A stretch of DNA of 64,000 nucleotides from Ascidiella aspersa (taxonomy: Eukaryota). Position 1 is the stretch's first letter, and each line of letters starts with the position of its first letter. The notes under the pieces are model-generated. The model saw nothing but the letters and a program-made list of their open reading frames with translations, was not told the DNA's origin and did not search any database. The stretch spans positions 20,026,001 to 20,090,000 of the forward strand of contig OZ004609.1 of assembly GCA_963924565.1 (NCBI GenBank), given 5' to 3'. The translations under genes were made by a program, and so were the position numbers. Of this stretch, positions 51,714-62,760 are shown piece after piece.

Positions 51714-53652
51714 CTTGATGGTTGACGTCAATTTTCCTAATTTATACTGTGAAAACAACTGTTTTTTAATTTGTGGTAAACCTTTGAAAAAAACTTTATT
51801 TTCTGTAAATAAAATATGTTAAAAATCAGTCTTTTTTTGGAAGAGACATTTTAATTTGAAACAAATTATATTATAAACTGATGAGTAAGATTGTACAAAA
51901 CTATCCTATATTAATAGGTAACAGGTTGTACAGTACACATTAATCTGCATTGTGTGGCAGTGCAAACATACATTTTTTTTTTGTTTTTAATATCCATGGA
52001 ACACAAGTTGAAAATCACTAGTTTAAAATGATGACCGCAAGTTAGCTTTTTTATGAAATCTACCACGAACAGTTTAAATATGCCATCAAGATTGGCTTTA
52101 TTTATTTAAGTTTAATAATAAGATTACAATTGTGTCGGCCTGTTGGTGTTCAAGTAAAATAATAAAGCCTAAATTCCAACTTCGTGCTGTTTCAAACAGG
52201 CCAAGAAAGTAAATAAACTGTTGTTGCGTGGTTTACTTTCATGCATTACTATAAACTTCCGTTTGGTGTGTCTGCAAATTTAAAAATATGCACTAAACAG
52301 GTAAAGTGGATTGTTAAGATAGTGTTTTCTGTCTAAATTATTTATTAGCCCTTCTTCAATGTTTATGTTTAATAGATTTAAGTTTTACAAGTTAACCAAC
52401 CAAGGTATTTTCAACATACCACTGAAATACGCCAGGCACAAGTGTTTGTAGTCATCTACTAGCCAAATTCGTTTTTAGATATGACACATTACTGCTGAGC
52501 TTAAAATGTTTAGTAAACGGTAGCTACTTCTACACGATAACAAATGGTTGGTGGCCAAAGCGCAACAGACGTTCATTTGTTCGAGGCGTCGCCTTAAAAA
52601 TTAAACGTCTAGTAGTCGTGATTGGAACGTGAACTATGGGCAGTGCAGAAGTGTTATCAAGTCAATAAAATGTTTCACAACAGAAAGGGACACTTTTGGT
52701 TGTGTTTTGTGAAACTTTACTGCTTTCCTGGTTAACAAACAAACTGTTGTGTATTCCGTGTGTAAGGTGCATATAACCAGCCATACAATCTTGTAGAATT
52801 AACAAGTAGAATAGCCTTAATCAAAGTCCATAAAAATTATGATTTCTATGGAGACTTTGGGATAACTAATCAATCAAAACTTTTCAGCAATCATGCGTAA
52901 CAAATTTAGGGGCTTTACACCGTTAGTGTTCTATAATAATCTGTGTTGTTACACTCAAACACAGATTCTGTGTTTGTGAAAATGCGATTAAACTTCTTAA
53001 TCCTAAGCTATTTTCCAATTATGAAATTTGAAAACATTATATTATTAAAATCACCCTACATTGCAAACGATTCAAGTGTTGGAAAATCTATAAACGTTTT
53101 ACCTTATACACTACTGCTATTATTCGTTTTGTTATTCACCGGGAATTTTTTGTTTATTGAAAGTATAAATTGATCAATACAAGATATAGTACAACTTTAT
53201 CTCTGGTAACATAAGCTATACACTGCCTACAATTTTTTTGTGGCCTATAACTAATTACAACTATGCCTGCCTTAATCAGGCGTAAACGGCTAAAGTAGAC
53301 CTTAAAATATGTTTTTCTTCACCAGATAGTTAACAACCCTATAACATTTTTGTATAACAGTATACTAAATTTAATAGGATTATTGCAGCACTTCATAGAG
53401 AAGAGGACCTATACTAGATGTTTGTAAAAAAACTGTTTCACGAGCAGCACTACTCAACACTTAGGCATTTGTAACACATATTTGTTTTATTCTTTGAAAA
53501 GAATTGGGGCACTGGTCTATCCTACCAATTTTTTGTTACAGTAACGAAACGAGTTGATATAAGAAAAAAACAATACTAGGTCCACCCAAACTGGAACCCT
53601 AACCAGAAAAACAATAGCAATATAACCCCCTGGACAAAAATGTGATAGAAAT

Positions 53653-53858
53653 CCAGGTTGGAAAGTAAGGCCTGCACGGTCGAATGCGATCAGCCGCGAA
53701 AAATTGCTTAAACGCGCAAAACTTACGTCACGCTAACAGTTTGTAGCATAGTACTCCATTTTCAGCTGTGCAAATTTCACAAATAACGTTATTACAGCCA
53801 CGCAATTTCAAGCTGCAAAATCGTTTCCCCCGCGCAAAATCCAAAGTTTCCAACCTGG
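53653..53858. promoter_or_regulatory. Putative bidirectional promoter for AGFG1 (-) and DHX33 (+)
   Basis: Local CpG-containing patch between divergent genes, bounded by the 12-bp perfect inverted repeat ccaggttggaaa/tttccaacctgg. Candidate donors point outward in both directions (minus GTAAGT at 53726, plus GTAGGA at 53859). Confidence 0.5.
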
Positions 53859-53954
53859 GTAGGAATCTAGACCAGTGCCCTTGTTTGTTGTTGTACTGAT
53901 ATTAAATCATCCTTGTTTATTTTTTTTAAATTTTCCTAAGGCTTTAAAAAAAAT

Positions 53955-55922
53955 ATGAAGCCGCTTGAAAATTTTCAAAACAAATTTACGGATTATCAAC
54001 AAACCCAGTACCAGTTACCTATATATGGAGCAAAACAAAGATTTATAGAAGAAATCAAGAAAAATGATTGTGCCATTGTTATTGGAGAAACAGCAAGTGG
54101 TAAAACAACTCAAATTCCGCAGTTCATTCTTAAGGAACATCTAAACAAAAATGGAATGATTGCTTGCACACAACCAAGAAGGGTAGCAGCTATTACAATT
54201 GCAGAGCGGGTTTCAAAAGAGCTTGGTTCAGAAATAGGTACTGATGTAGGATACTGCGTCCGCTTTGAGGATTGTACAACACCAACCACAAAAATTAAAT
54301 ACATGACTGATGGAATGCTCCTCAGGGAAGCAATTGGTGACAAACTACTTAAAAAATATTCCTTTGTAATTCTTGATGAAGCACATGAAAGGACCATACA
54401 TACTGATGTATTATTTGGCATTGTTAAAAATGCCCAGGCTGTCAGACGGAAATCTGGAACTATGACAAACCTAAATATTATTATTATGTCAGCTACAATG
54501 GACATGGACCACTTCTCAAATTATTTCAATAAAGCCCCAGTGCTATACATAGAGGGCAGGCTGTTTCCAATAAAACTTCAATATACTGAAGAGTCCCATA
54601 AAGACTACTGTACAACTGCATTGGCCACCCTGTTTCAGCTCCATCAAGTAGAACCTCCAGAAGATGACATCCTCATTTTTTTGACTGGCCAGGATGAGAT
54701 TGAAGCAATGAGCGAGTCAATCAAGGAAATTAGTTTGGCTTTGCCAGGTGGGCTTCCCAAACTGCATGTTTGTCCCCTTTTTGCCTCTCTTCCACACCAT
54801 CAGCAACTAAAAGCCTTCAAACAAACTCCCAAGGGCCATAGAAAAGTTGTTCTGTCAACCAATATTGCTGAGACCTCAGTCACGATTAAAGGTATTAAAT
54901 TTGTAATTGACACTGGAAGAGTAAAGGCAAAAACGTTTCATCCTTCAAGTGGTCTAGATGTGTTGGCATGTCAGTGGATATCTCAAGCCCAGGCTTGGCA
55001 ACGAGCAGGAAGGGCAGGAAGGGAAAGGCCTGGAGTTGTGTATAGACTTTATACTGAAGAAGAGTTCTTCATGCTCAGACAAAATTCAACTCCAGAAATC
55101 CAAAGATGCAACTTAAGTAGCACTATCTTACAACTGCTTAGTATTGGTATAAAGGATGTTGCAAATTTTGACTTCATTGATCCACCTAACAGACGATCGC
55201 TTAGTGTAGCATTAGAAGAATTAAAACTTCTTAAAGGAGTAGCTGATAATTCGTTTGGCATTCCAGAATTAACATTGCTTGGCAAAAATATGTCTAGTTT
55301 TCCACTGGAACCTAAACTGGCAAAGTCACTTGTTTGCTCAGTTAAGTATAATTGTGTCGAGGAAATGCTCAGTTTAATTTCCATGTTATCTGTAGAAAGT
55401 ATTATGTACACACCCCACACAAAACGCGATGAAGCAAACACAGTTAGAAAAAAGTTTACCGCCAGTGAGGGTGACTTTGTAATGCTACTTAACATCTACA
55501 GGGCATTTAAACAAAACAAGGGTAACAAAACCTGGTGTTATGAAAACTACATAAACCTTCGCAACATGACAACAGTTTTAGACATAAGAAAGCAGCTGCG
55601 GGACTTGTGCCTTCGTGCAAAGGTTCCTGTGAGCTCCAGTCATAGAGACATGATTGCATTGAGGAAAAGTGCCGCAGCTGGATTATTTATGAATGCTGCT
55701 GAACTTCACCCAGATGGAACATACCGTGCAATCGACTCCAATCAGACTGTTCACATACACCCTTCCTCGTGTTTGTTTCAATCCAAGCCTGCTTATGTAG
55801 TCTTCAGCGAACTTGTGCAAACTACAAAGTGTTACATGCGAAACTTGTGTGTGGTCGATCCAGACTGGTTGTACGCAAGTGCTCCTGAGTATTTTGCGAA
55901 GAAACTCAAGAGCCACAAATAA
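53955..55922 (+). CDS. DHX33: DEAH-box ATP-dependent RNA helicase DHX33, 655 aa, single coding exon
   Basis: Motifs GETASGKTTQIPQ, TQPRRVAA, DEAH, MSAT, STNIAETSVTI and QRAGRAGR, followed by HA2/OB-fold segments. The short N-terminus, ISQAQAWQRAGRAGRE, PEIQRCNL and the C-terminal KCYMRNLCVVDPDWLYASAPEYF are typical of DHX33. Confidence 0.92.
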   Translation: MKPLENFQNKFTDYQQTQYQLPIYGAKQRFIEEIKKNDCAIVIGETASGKTTQIPQFILKEHLNKNGMIACTQPRRVAAITIAERVSKELGSEIGTDVGYCVRFEDCTTPTTKIKYMTDGMLLREAIGDKLLKKYSFVILDEAHERTIHTDVLFGIVKNAQAVRRKSGTMTNLNIIIMSATMDMDHFSNYFNKAPVLYIEGRLFPIKLQYTEESHKDYCTTALATLFQLHQVEPPEDDILIFLTGQDEIEAMSESIKEISLALPGGLPKLHVCPLFASLPHHQQLKAFKQTPKGHRKVVLSTNIAETSVTIKGIKFVIDTGRVKAKTFHPSSGLDVLACQWISQAQAWQRAGRAGRERPGVVYRLYTEEEFFMLRQNSTPEIQRCNLSSTILQLLSIGIKDVANFDFIDPPNRRSLSVALEELKLLKGVADNSFGIPELTLLGKNMSSFPLEPKLAKSLVCSVKYNCVEEMLSLISMLSVESIMYTPHTKRDEANTVRKKFTASEGDFVMLLNIYRAFKQNKGNKTWCYENYINLRNMTTVLDIRKQLRDLCLRAKVPVSSSHRDMIALRKSAAAGLFMNAAELHPDGTYRAIDSNQTVHIHPSSCLFQSKPAYVVFSELVQTTKCYMRNLCVVDPDWLYASAPEYFAKKLKSHK

Positions 55923-55940
55923 CGACTAAGTATTTCGTTT

Positions 55941-55957
55941 TTTATTAGGCAAATAAA
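55941..55957. terminator. Back-to-back polyadenylation signals for VCPIP1 (-) and DHX33 (+)
   Basis: TTTATT (55941-55946), then aggca, then AATAAA (55952-55957). Confidence 0.55.
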
Positions 55958-56574
55958 AAGGAAAACAATGTAATTAAAGCATGGTATTTATAAATTGCTC
56001 TGCAGAAGAGTTTTTTCACAGCTTGCTGGAGTTGAAAAAAAGTCAAAAAGTAAATTATTAAAATTAGAAGGAAATATATGTTCAAATGATGTATAATAAT
56101 TAATCAATAATAACAAACATGTTGTATAATAGTTTGCGAGGTTCAATAGGATAGATAATTTATAAAAAAAACATTAAAAAAATTATTGCTAGATACACTA
56201 GTCTTTTCAGCATTAAAAATAAAATTGACATTGTTAAAAAAACTTCATGAATATATCGGCTGTAGAAATATATTTAAAATTAAAAACGTAAAAATAAAAA
56301 ATAACTTTGATCCAATGCATCGATTTCTACCATAAACGAAAAAAATTAACAGTAGGTTAATGACGGAAGTTTACTAAATTTTTCAATGGACTATTGGTTT
56401 TGGACTAGAATGTCAAGCATCCCTATAATGTGTTTTTATATGGATATGAACATGGTTAAAGACTGAAAAAAAATCACAGTTCGCATATACTCTATATTGC
56501 TGCAATAATAGTGACATGGACTTTGTACTGAAACATTTCAGTTTTTAGATTTTTTTTTTTTTACTCAAAAACTT

Positions 56575-59500
56575 TCAAAGCTTATTCTCTGCTTTAGAAA
56601 TGTTTTTCATTGTTTTTAAAATCTCCTCCCGCTGACTATCAATTTCTTCAGCTGTCATTAAAGCAGGAACAGTATTCACAGTGAAATATCCAGGCGCAAT
56701 TTTAGAAGGTGCCATTGTGGTAGGCAAATCAATATTGTCAATTTTCTCTTGTTTATCCACAACAGGCATAACTTCTTCTTGACAGATTTGTTTATTGTCT
56801 GCATCAATTTCCATGTCAGTTTCCCCTGATTGCTTGCTTTCCTGGGAAATAACCTTGGTAATATCTTTAGTTTTACTATCAACAGGGTAGTGCCCAGCTG
56901 GCTCAAGGCAGAGTTCAACTCTATCCATTTCAGAATTATACTGAAAGCGCTTGTCTGGTATCATTGGAAAAGTACAGTGGTTGCCATGTCTTAAGCCAAT
57001 ATCAGCTTCAAATTGTCTGTAAAAAACTCCCCCAGGTAGAAACAGATGCGGCTTTGTGCAACAGTAATCCCACATACTTGTAAAGCCACTGGACTCAAAC
57101 TCTAGTTTAAATTCATTGAGATCCTGAAATAAAATGGTTCCATTGTCTTGAAGTTTTGTAGGTATTTTGTTTTCAGAATCATCCATTTTCTCCGGTAAGA
57201 TTTCTACTTTAATCTGGTCTCCATTTTTCAGAATAATTTCACCACTTTCTGATTCAGTAAGTGCTTTAGGAGGATAGCCATATTTGAGAATTTGTTGATT
57301 ATTAGGAATTTTGAAATGCATTGAAACTAAGCTTTTAAGTGTGGCCAAATTTGTGGTGGCAACAATTTTAAAAGTATCTCTTCTTCTATCAGACGTGGAT
57401 ATTTTGACCAACACTTTTCCATCCATGTTGCTTGGTGTGTTGTTTGGCACACTTGGTTTAAACGAACTTGAACTGCTGGTCTCAAGCTTAGTTCCATGCA
57501 GCAAAACATTATTCACTACAGGTTTAGTTTTACTGCTGATTTTTACCAAGTCACCGGACCCAATTTCATTTGTTTGCTTCTCATTTTCTTTATGTGATAC
57601 ATTTTCTTTATGTGATTGACCAAGTTTTGACCCTGTCATGTTACATATTGTCACAGACTTTTCCAGGTCTATAAGTTTCTGATGGAGACAATCAGATAGC
57701 TGTTCCACCAACTTTTCTGTGTCTGAATCTTCCGGAAAGTGTGTTTTTACGATTCTCTTGGCCAGTTCCAATGGTTGGCTGTTCAAGTCAGTGTTCTCAT
57801 CCCCATAGAACATCATAGTCTAGAGAAGAGGATAAACAGCATGTAAAAAGTGCTAGAAATAACTAAAAATTCAATTTTGTACCTCAGCCTTAAAGGTATT
57901 TCCTTTCCATTGCAAGGTCATTGTAACTGGTTCAGGTATGTTGTCATACTCCTTGCCATCCCAGTAGTGCTTAAATTTACAGTTGCACTTGGTGGGTATT
58001 GTAGAGGGGGTGTCAGTGGCATCTCCATTGGAAAACTGGAAATTGCTGCTGGCCATTACTTGTCGTGTTGCACCATGCTTACAAACGGCACAATTACTAG
58101 TGTCTACTTCCAATCTGAATGTAAATTATTGATATGTTACTTCATTAAGTTAGTTTAACACTTTCTGTGTCGTAACTAGGAGACAGGAAATTTGATCTAA
58201 CTTAGCAATAAATAAAGTATATATACTTGCCTGTCCAACGTTTTGTTGTACACACAAACCACTCCAAGTGATTGAAATGTGTACTTCTTGTCTACCTTAG
58301 GAACCTGGTGGCACTTGGTGACAAGATCATACAACTCTCCCCCTGGTTTTAGCATACTTTGTGAAACAGAAACTTCCATAATAGCCTTGCAATCCTTAGT
58401 GGAAAAAAAGCATTTACTTACACATCCAACATAAGTGAAGTAGCGCATATTTAAAGAGGAAACCACCCACCAGGCATTTTCTAATGCGTCCATCCCTGAA
58501 TGCTGTTTTTGTGATGGAAGTCATTTGATGAGGTTGAATTAGGAAGTTTTTTGGAAAGTAAACAAACTGATAAAAATCCTCTACCAGTTTGGATGACACT
58601 TCGTGATGTTGAAGAAAAACAGATTCCATGGCTTTAGCAAGTTTAATCAAATAACTAAAACAGATGTTATAATTGCAATATTAAAATAGCGACTTGACAT
58701 AGGTTTAAAAAAAAAATATATATACCTGATTTTTAGTTGTTTGCCTTTACCAATGGTAATGCTGTTGTCAGCATTATATTCTAAGTATCTCCCTCCTATT
58801 TCATGGGAAACACCCCAGAGATTAGGTATCAAACTGCTGGGAATTGTTGGATGTGGCTTTTCCTCTATCGGTACAAGAGGAACAAAGTGGTTATGAGCTT
58901 CCCCACTCCAAGCAATACAAATGGGTGACTTTTCTGGACATTCTGATGGTTCTATCAGAGCAGGAACAAACAAACCAGAATAATCACCAAATTTCTTCAT
59001 GTTCTGAAAAACATGGGCATCAGAAATTTAAACACCTTTTTACAAGAATCTTTTTGGTTTTAAGTAACTTACTGTTGGGTTGTCAATGAGCATGATTGGA
59101 CGTTTCAATGTGTTACTTAATGCAAAAATGTGTATATTTCCAAGACCACCAGTTATTCCTCCAGCATTGTTGTAAGGATCGGCTTCAGCTATCAACATAT
59201 CCCACTCGTCTTCATCATGAAAATCTTTAAACAAATTCTTCACACCAAAAAAGTTATTAATGTATGGTTTGGACGAAAAAAAAAAACATCTATGCAAACC
59301 TTGTAATCTTGAAGTCTGGACTTCAAATGTGTCTGCAAATTTTTGCGCAGACCATGCCAAAAAAGCTCACGGCCAATGAGTGCTCTGGACGCTGCATGAA
59401 CGAGACAGTGTCCATCACCATCAGCATGTAGTGGTATTAAATCAATATTTCCACCATTATGGGCTTTCACAGCATCTGATGATGTCAATGCAAATCAATA

Positions 59501-60850
59501 AAATAACTAAAAATCTAACTAAAAGCCAGAAATAAGACAAAATTCAAAGACAGCTAATGTAAGAACTTGTCTAAACAAAAACTTTTATTACTTTACACTG
59601 GATAACATTTTATCTGCATTGTCAACTACTTGGGCATAAGAAGTTAAATACCAAGATAGTGATTACCTAGAAATCCATTCAAATACTCCAAGCTTCCAGA
59701 TATGTCTTTGCCAAACCCAGGTATTCCGATTTGTCCCAAAGGAATCTGAAAAGCTCTGTTACCCAGGAGTTTTCCACAATTAATGATTTCTGCATGCCCC
59801 AAATCAGTCAATAATCTTGGACTGAACAATATTATTTTTACTGTTTAATATTGCAGCTTTAAAATCATGAATGTTCATACTTTCCTTCCCGGTCCATTCC
59901 ATACAGGGTGAGGAAAGGTGACAATATTTTGCATTGAAAGTTTGACAGGCCATTAACTCTTACAAATTCAGTTCCTTTGTGTGGCATTTTGAGACTTGTC
60001 ATATAGCCTTTGACCTGTTATTAAATTAAGACAAAAATCTAGAAAATTGTCACTTAAAGGCAGGTATTTTACCAGAAAGCCCAAATTTTGTAAAATAGCA
60101 CTAAAGTGTTACCATTTGAGCCAATTCATTTTGCTTGTCGACTTCACGGCGGTTTAAAACATCATTTTGTTCGTGCTCTTGTCCACAGGACGGACATTTC
60201 ACAAGAGATGTTGTTGCAAAGAAATACAAAGTATTCTGAAAAAATATATATGTATTTTTAGAATAAACTGCAATGTTAGTACACCAGAAGCCTTTTAAAA
60301 TCCATAGGCAGACAACCTAAGTTTAGTGCATGTCACATTGACTACACCTGTTTATGTTTTATTGTAAATTAACAGTGTTCAATCAAGTATATTTAGTAAC
60401 TCTTGATGTATAACAATGTCAAGGTAATGGCACTTGTTTGTATGGTATAGCAAACGCCAGAATGACTCCGGTTCCACATTTCCATGTGACTATACACAAC
60501 AGCAAACCCTACTTACTTTTTTATATGGTTTATATAACTTTTTATAATTATAGTTGGATGCAATTATGACTGTTAAAAACAAAGAAAACGCTACACAGTT
60601 TACTAGATAGAGTTGGTTAGACAAAGCTGACAGCAATCATTTGCTTTCAGGTGGTAATAAAAACAAAGTTTATTGTAGTATTTATCTGTTTCAACCCACT
60701 ATCCGTGCAACTTACATAATTTACGTTACTCCAAACGTATATTATTTTGTTTATTTTACAAAACCTTTAAGTTAAACTTCTTACAGAGCATTCTTTATCA
60801 GGACATTTTCCACAGAAAGATTTATATTCTTCATTTAGATTGTTATTCAT
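56575..60850 (-). CDS. VCPIP1: Deubiquitinating protein VCPIP1/VCIP135 (OTU family), 11 coding exons, ~973 aa
   Basis: Minus-strand exons: 60850-60785, 60235-60113, 60014-59881, 59821-59667, 59475-59300, 59237-59073, 59003-58726, 58654-58471, 58394-58231 (followed by a GC donor), 58114-57883, 57819-56575. Total 2922 nt. Contains GKCPDKEC, CPSCGQEH, OTU catalytic DGDGHCLVHAASRALIGRELFWHGLR, IAWSGEAHNHFVPL, CNCKFKHYWDGKEYDNIPE, a UBX/ubiquitin-like segment (QILKYGYPPKAL) and HCTFP...DRVELC. Confidence 0.93.
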
Positions 60851-62760
60851 ATTTCTTCGATTCTGCACGTCAATTTCATTATTATAAAAAACACCTTTAA
60901 AACCAAGAGTTTAAACTTTTCTAAAGGTTACTGACTTATCATAATGGAAATGGACATAATGGTGTATTGAAAAGAAAAAGTTCTAAATCGGGGTTTTCCC
61001 GATTTACCAATTCCCTGTTCGTTAAATATTGCGCCACAGCGAGTATGTCTGTCGTTGGAGAACTATAAAAAAGCATCTTTTACTTATACCATTCTAGAGT
61101 CTGGACTAATACCGAGGTAAATAAAGTAATGAACTACATTGAAAAAAAATACATATTCTACTGTAAGTTAGCAAACGCGCAAAAAAATGTAGCATAGGCT
61201 AATTTCAGGGGGTTGTTTTCGTGGTGTTTTAACAAAACAGCGACATTTAAGGCTTAGTCTTTGCACGGTTAGCCAACTAAGTACTAGTTAGAAAACGTAT
61301 ATTTAATAAAATACTCTCCTTAAAACATCTCGCGCCATTTTTATTTTACACGTTTGTATCTATAGGCCTACCTGAATATCCATAGGCTGCAATCAGTTTC
61401 CAATGTCACTGCATGGGTAGTTCAATCCGAAATAAGTGCAATAGATGGTTTTATGGAGCGTGAAATGAAATGTGATGAAGATAATTATGTTACCTTTTTT
61501 TTTAGTTTTAATCTACGTGGTCTTATATATCAGATTTGCGCAAAACGGCCCATTTTTGGCTGCACAACCTTCGTCAAATAAACGAAACCATAACATCGTG
61601 AGTTTAAAGTATTTACGAGATTGGAATAACGCAATGTTAGAATAAAATCAAGTTCGGATTAAGGCCTAAATAAGTAATCTAAAACTTTAGGTCGATAAAT
61701 GACCTAGATTGGAATAAAACCTAAACGACGCGTCAGAATAAGACCAAAACCGCCAGAAAAAATTCAACAGCCGATCTTCCCACTTTATATCTTCATCCAT
61801 GAAAATAACACAAACCTGACTTAGGCTTACCTCTAACCAAGGACAACTGTCCAATGTGCAAAAACTAAGCGTCGCCCAAACAATCTTTTAATCTGCACGA
61901 CAACCAAACAGTAGGCTAATGCCAGAAAATCAGTTTTGAAAAACGGCCATGTCTAATCGTCCAATACCCTATTGGGGCCTACTCAATGTTTCTCAGTCCT
62001 TTGTCGCCACCCAATATCAGGTCGCTGCTTTTATTGATTTGGTCGCCGACTGCAATACTTCACAAGAGTAGATTTATTGGGGAAAAGTAATGGAAAGACA
62101 TAGCTTAATAATAAAATCCAAGGTTAATAACGTAGCCATATGGAACTCCAATAGGTATGATATGGTGACAATACCTCTACCTATAGCGGTAGCCTTAGCC
62201 TATCTGCCATACCGAAGCTATTTTTTTCTAGCCTTTCCGAAGGTTTGATATTTTTGTTAACTTTAAAACTAACACACCCATCCACATAAAATATAGATAT
62301 CGTTACGGCGTTAACGTAGCCTATAGGGAAAATGCAGTATTTCAGCATATCGAGTCCATCGCTAAAGCCGATTCTCGGTATTTAAAATCGCTCATTTAAA
62401 AGTTTATATTTATAAAAAATAGCAATTTGAAATTCCAGGGATTTATAACTGAATGGGAAAAAATAAAATCACGCAGAATAAATTTTTACTAAATTTGTTT
62501 TATTGAATATTTTTTGCGATAGAAGTGCAAGCCACATTTGGTATTAAAAATATAGAACAAAATCAAAAATAAATTAAGAAAACAATATTGCACAAAAATC
62601 ACACATCACATAAAGGCGGCGCAAAATATTGCAAATACGCGTGTTGACGTTGTTGTACGACAAATTCACTCGTAAATAGGTTTGGTCAGTTCTGACGAAA
62701 TGCGAGTTGTTAATAGAGCTTGTCCTTGCATTTAAGGAATGAAGAAAATGTAGTATGACG

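Noticed and set aside
54110-55916. Antisense ORFs within DHX33 (similar ones occur in AGFG1, VCPIP1 and the last gene)
   Set aside because: They are complementary to real coding sequence and show no domain signature.
60851-62500. Ciona-style operon junction between the last gene and VCPIP1
   Set aside because: The upstream poly(A) signal (~62500) is ~1.6 kb from the VCPIP1 acceptor rather than directly abutting it, so an operon is unsupported without transcript data.
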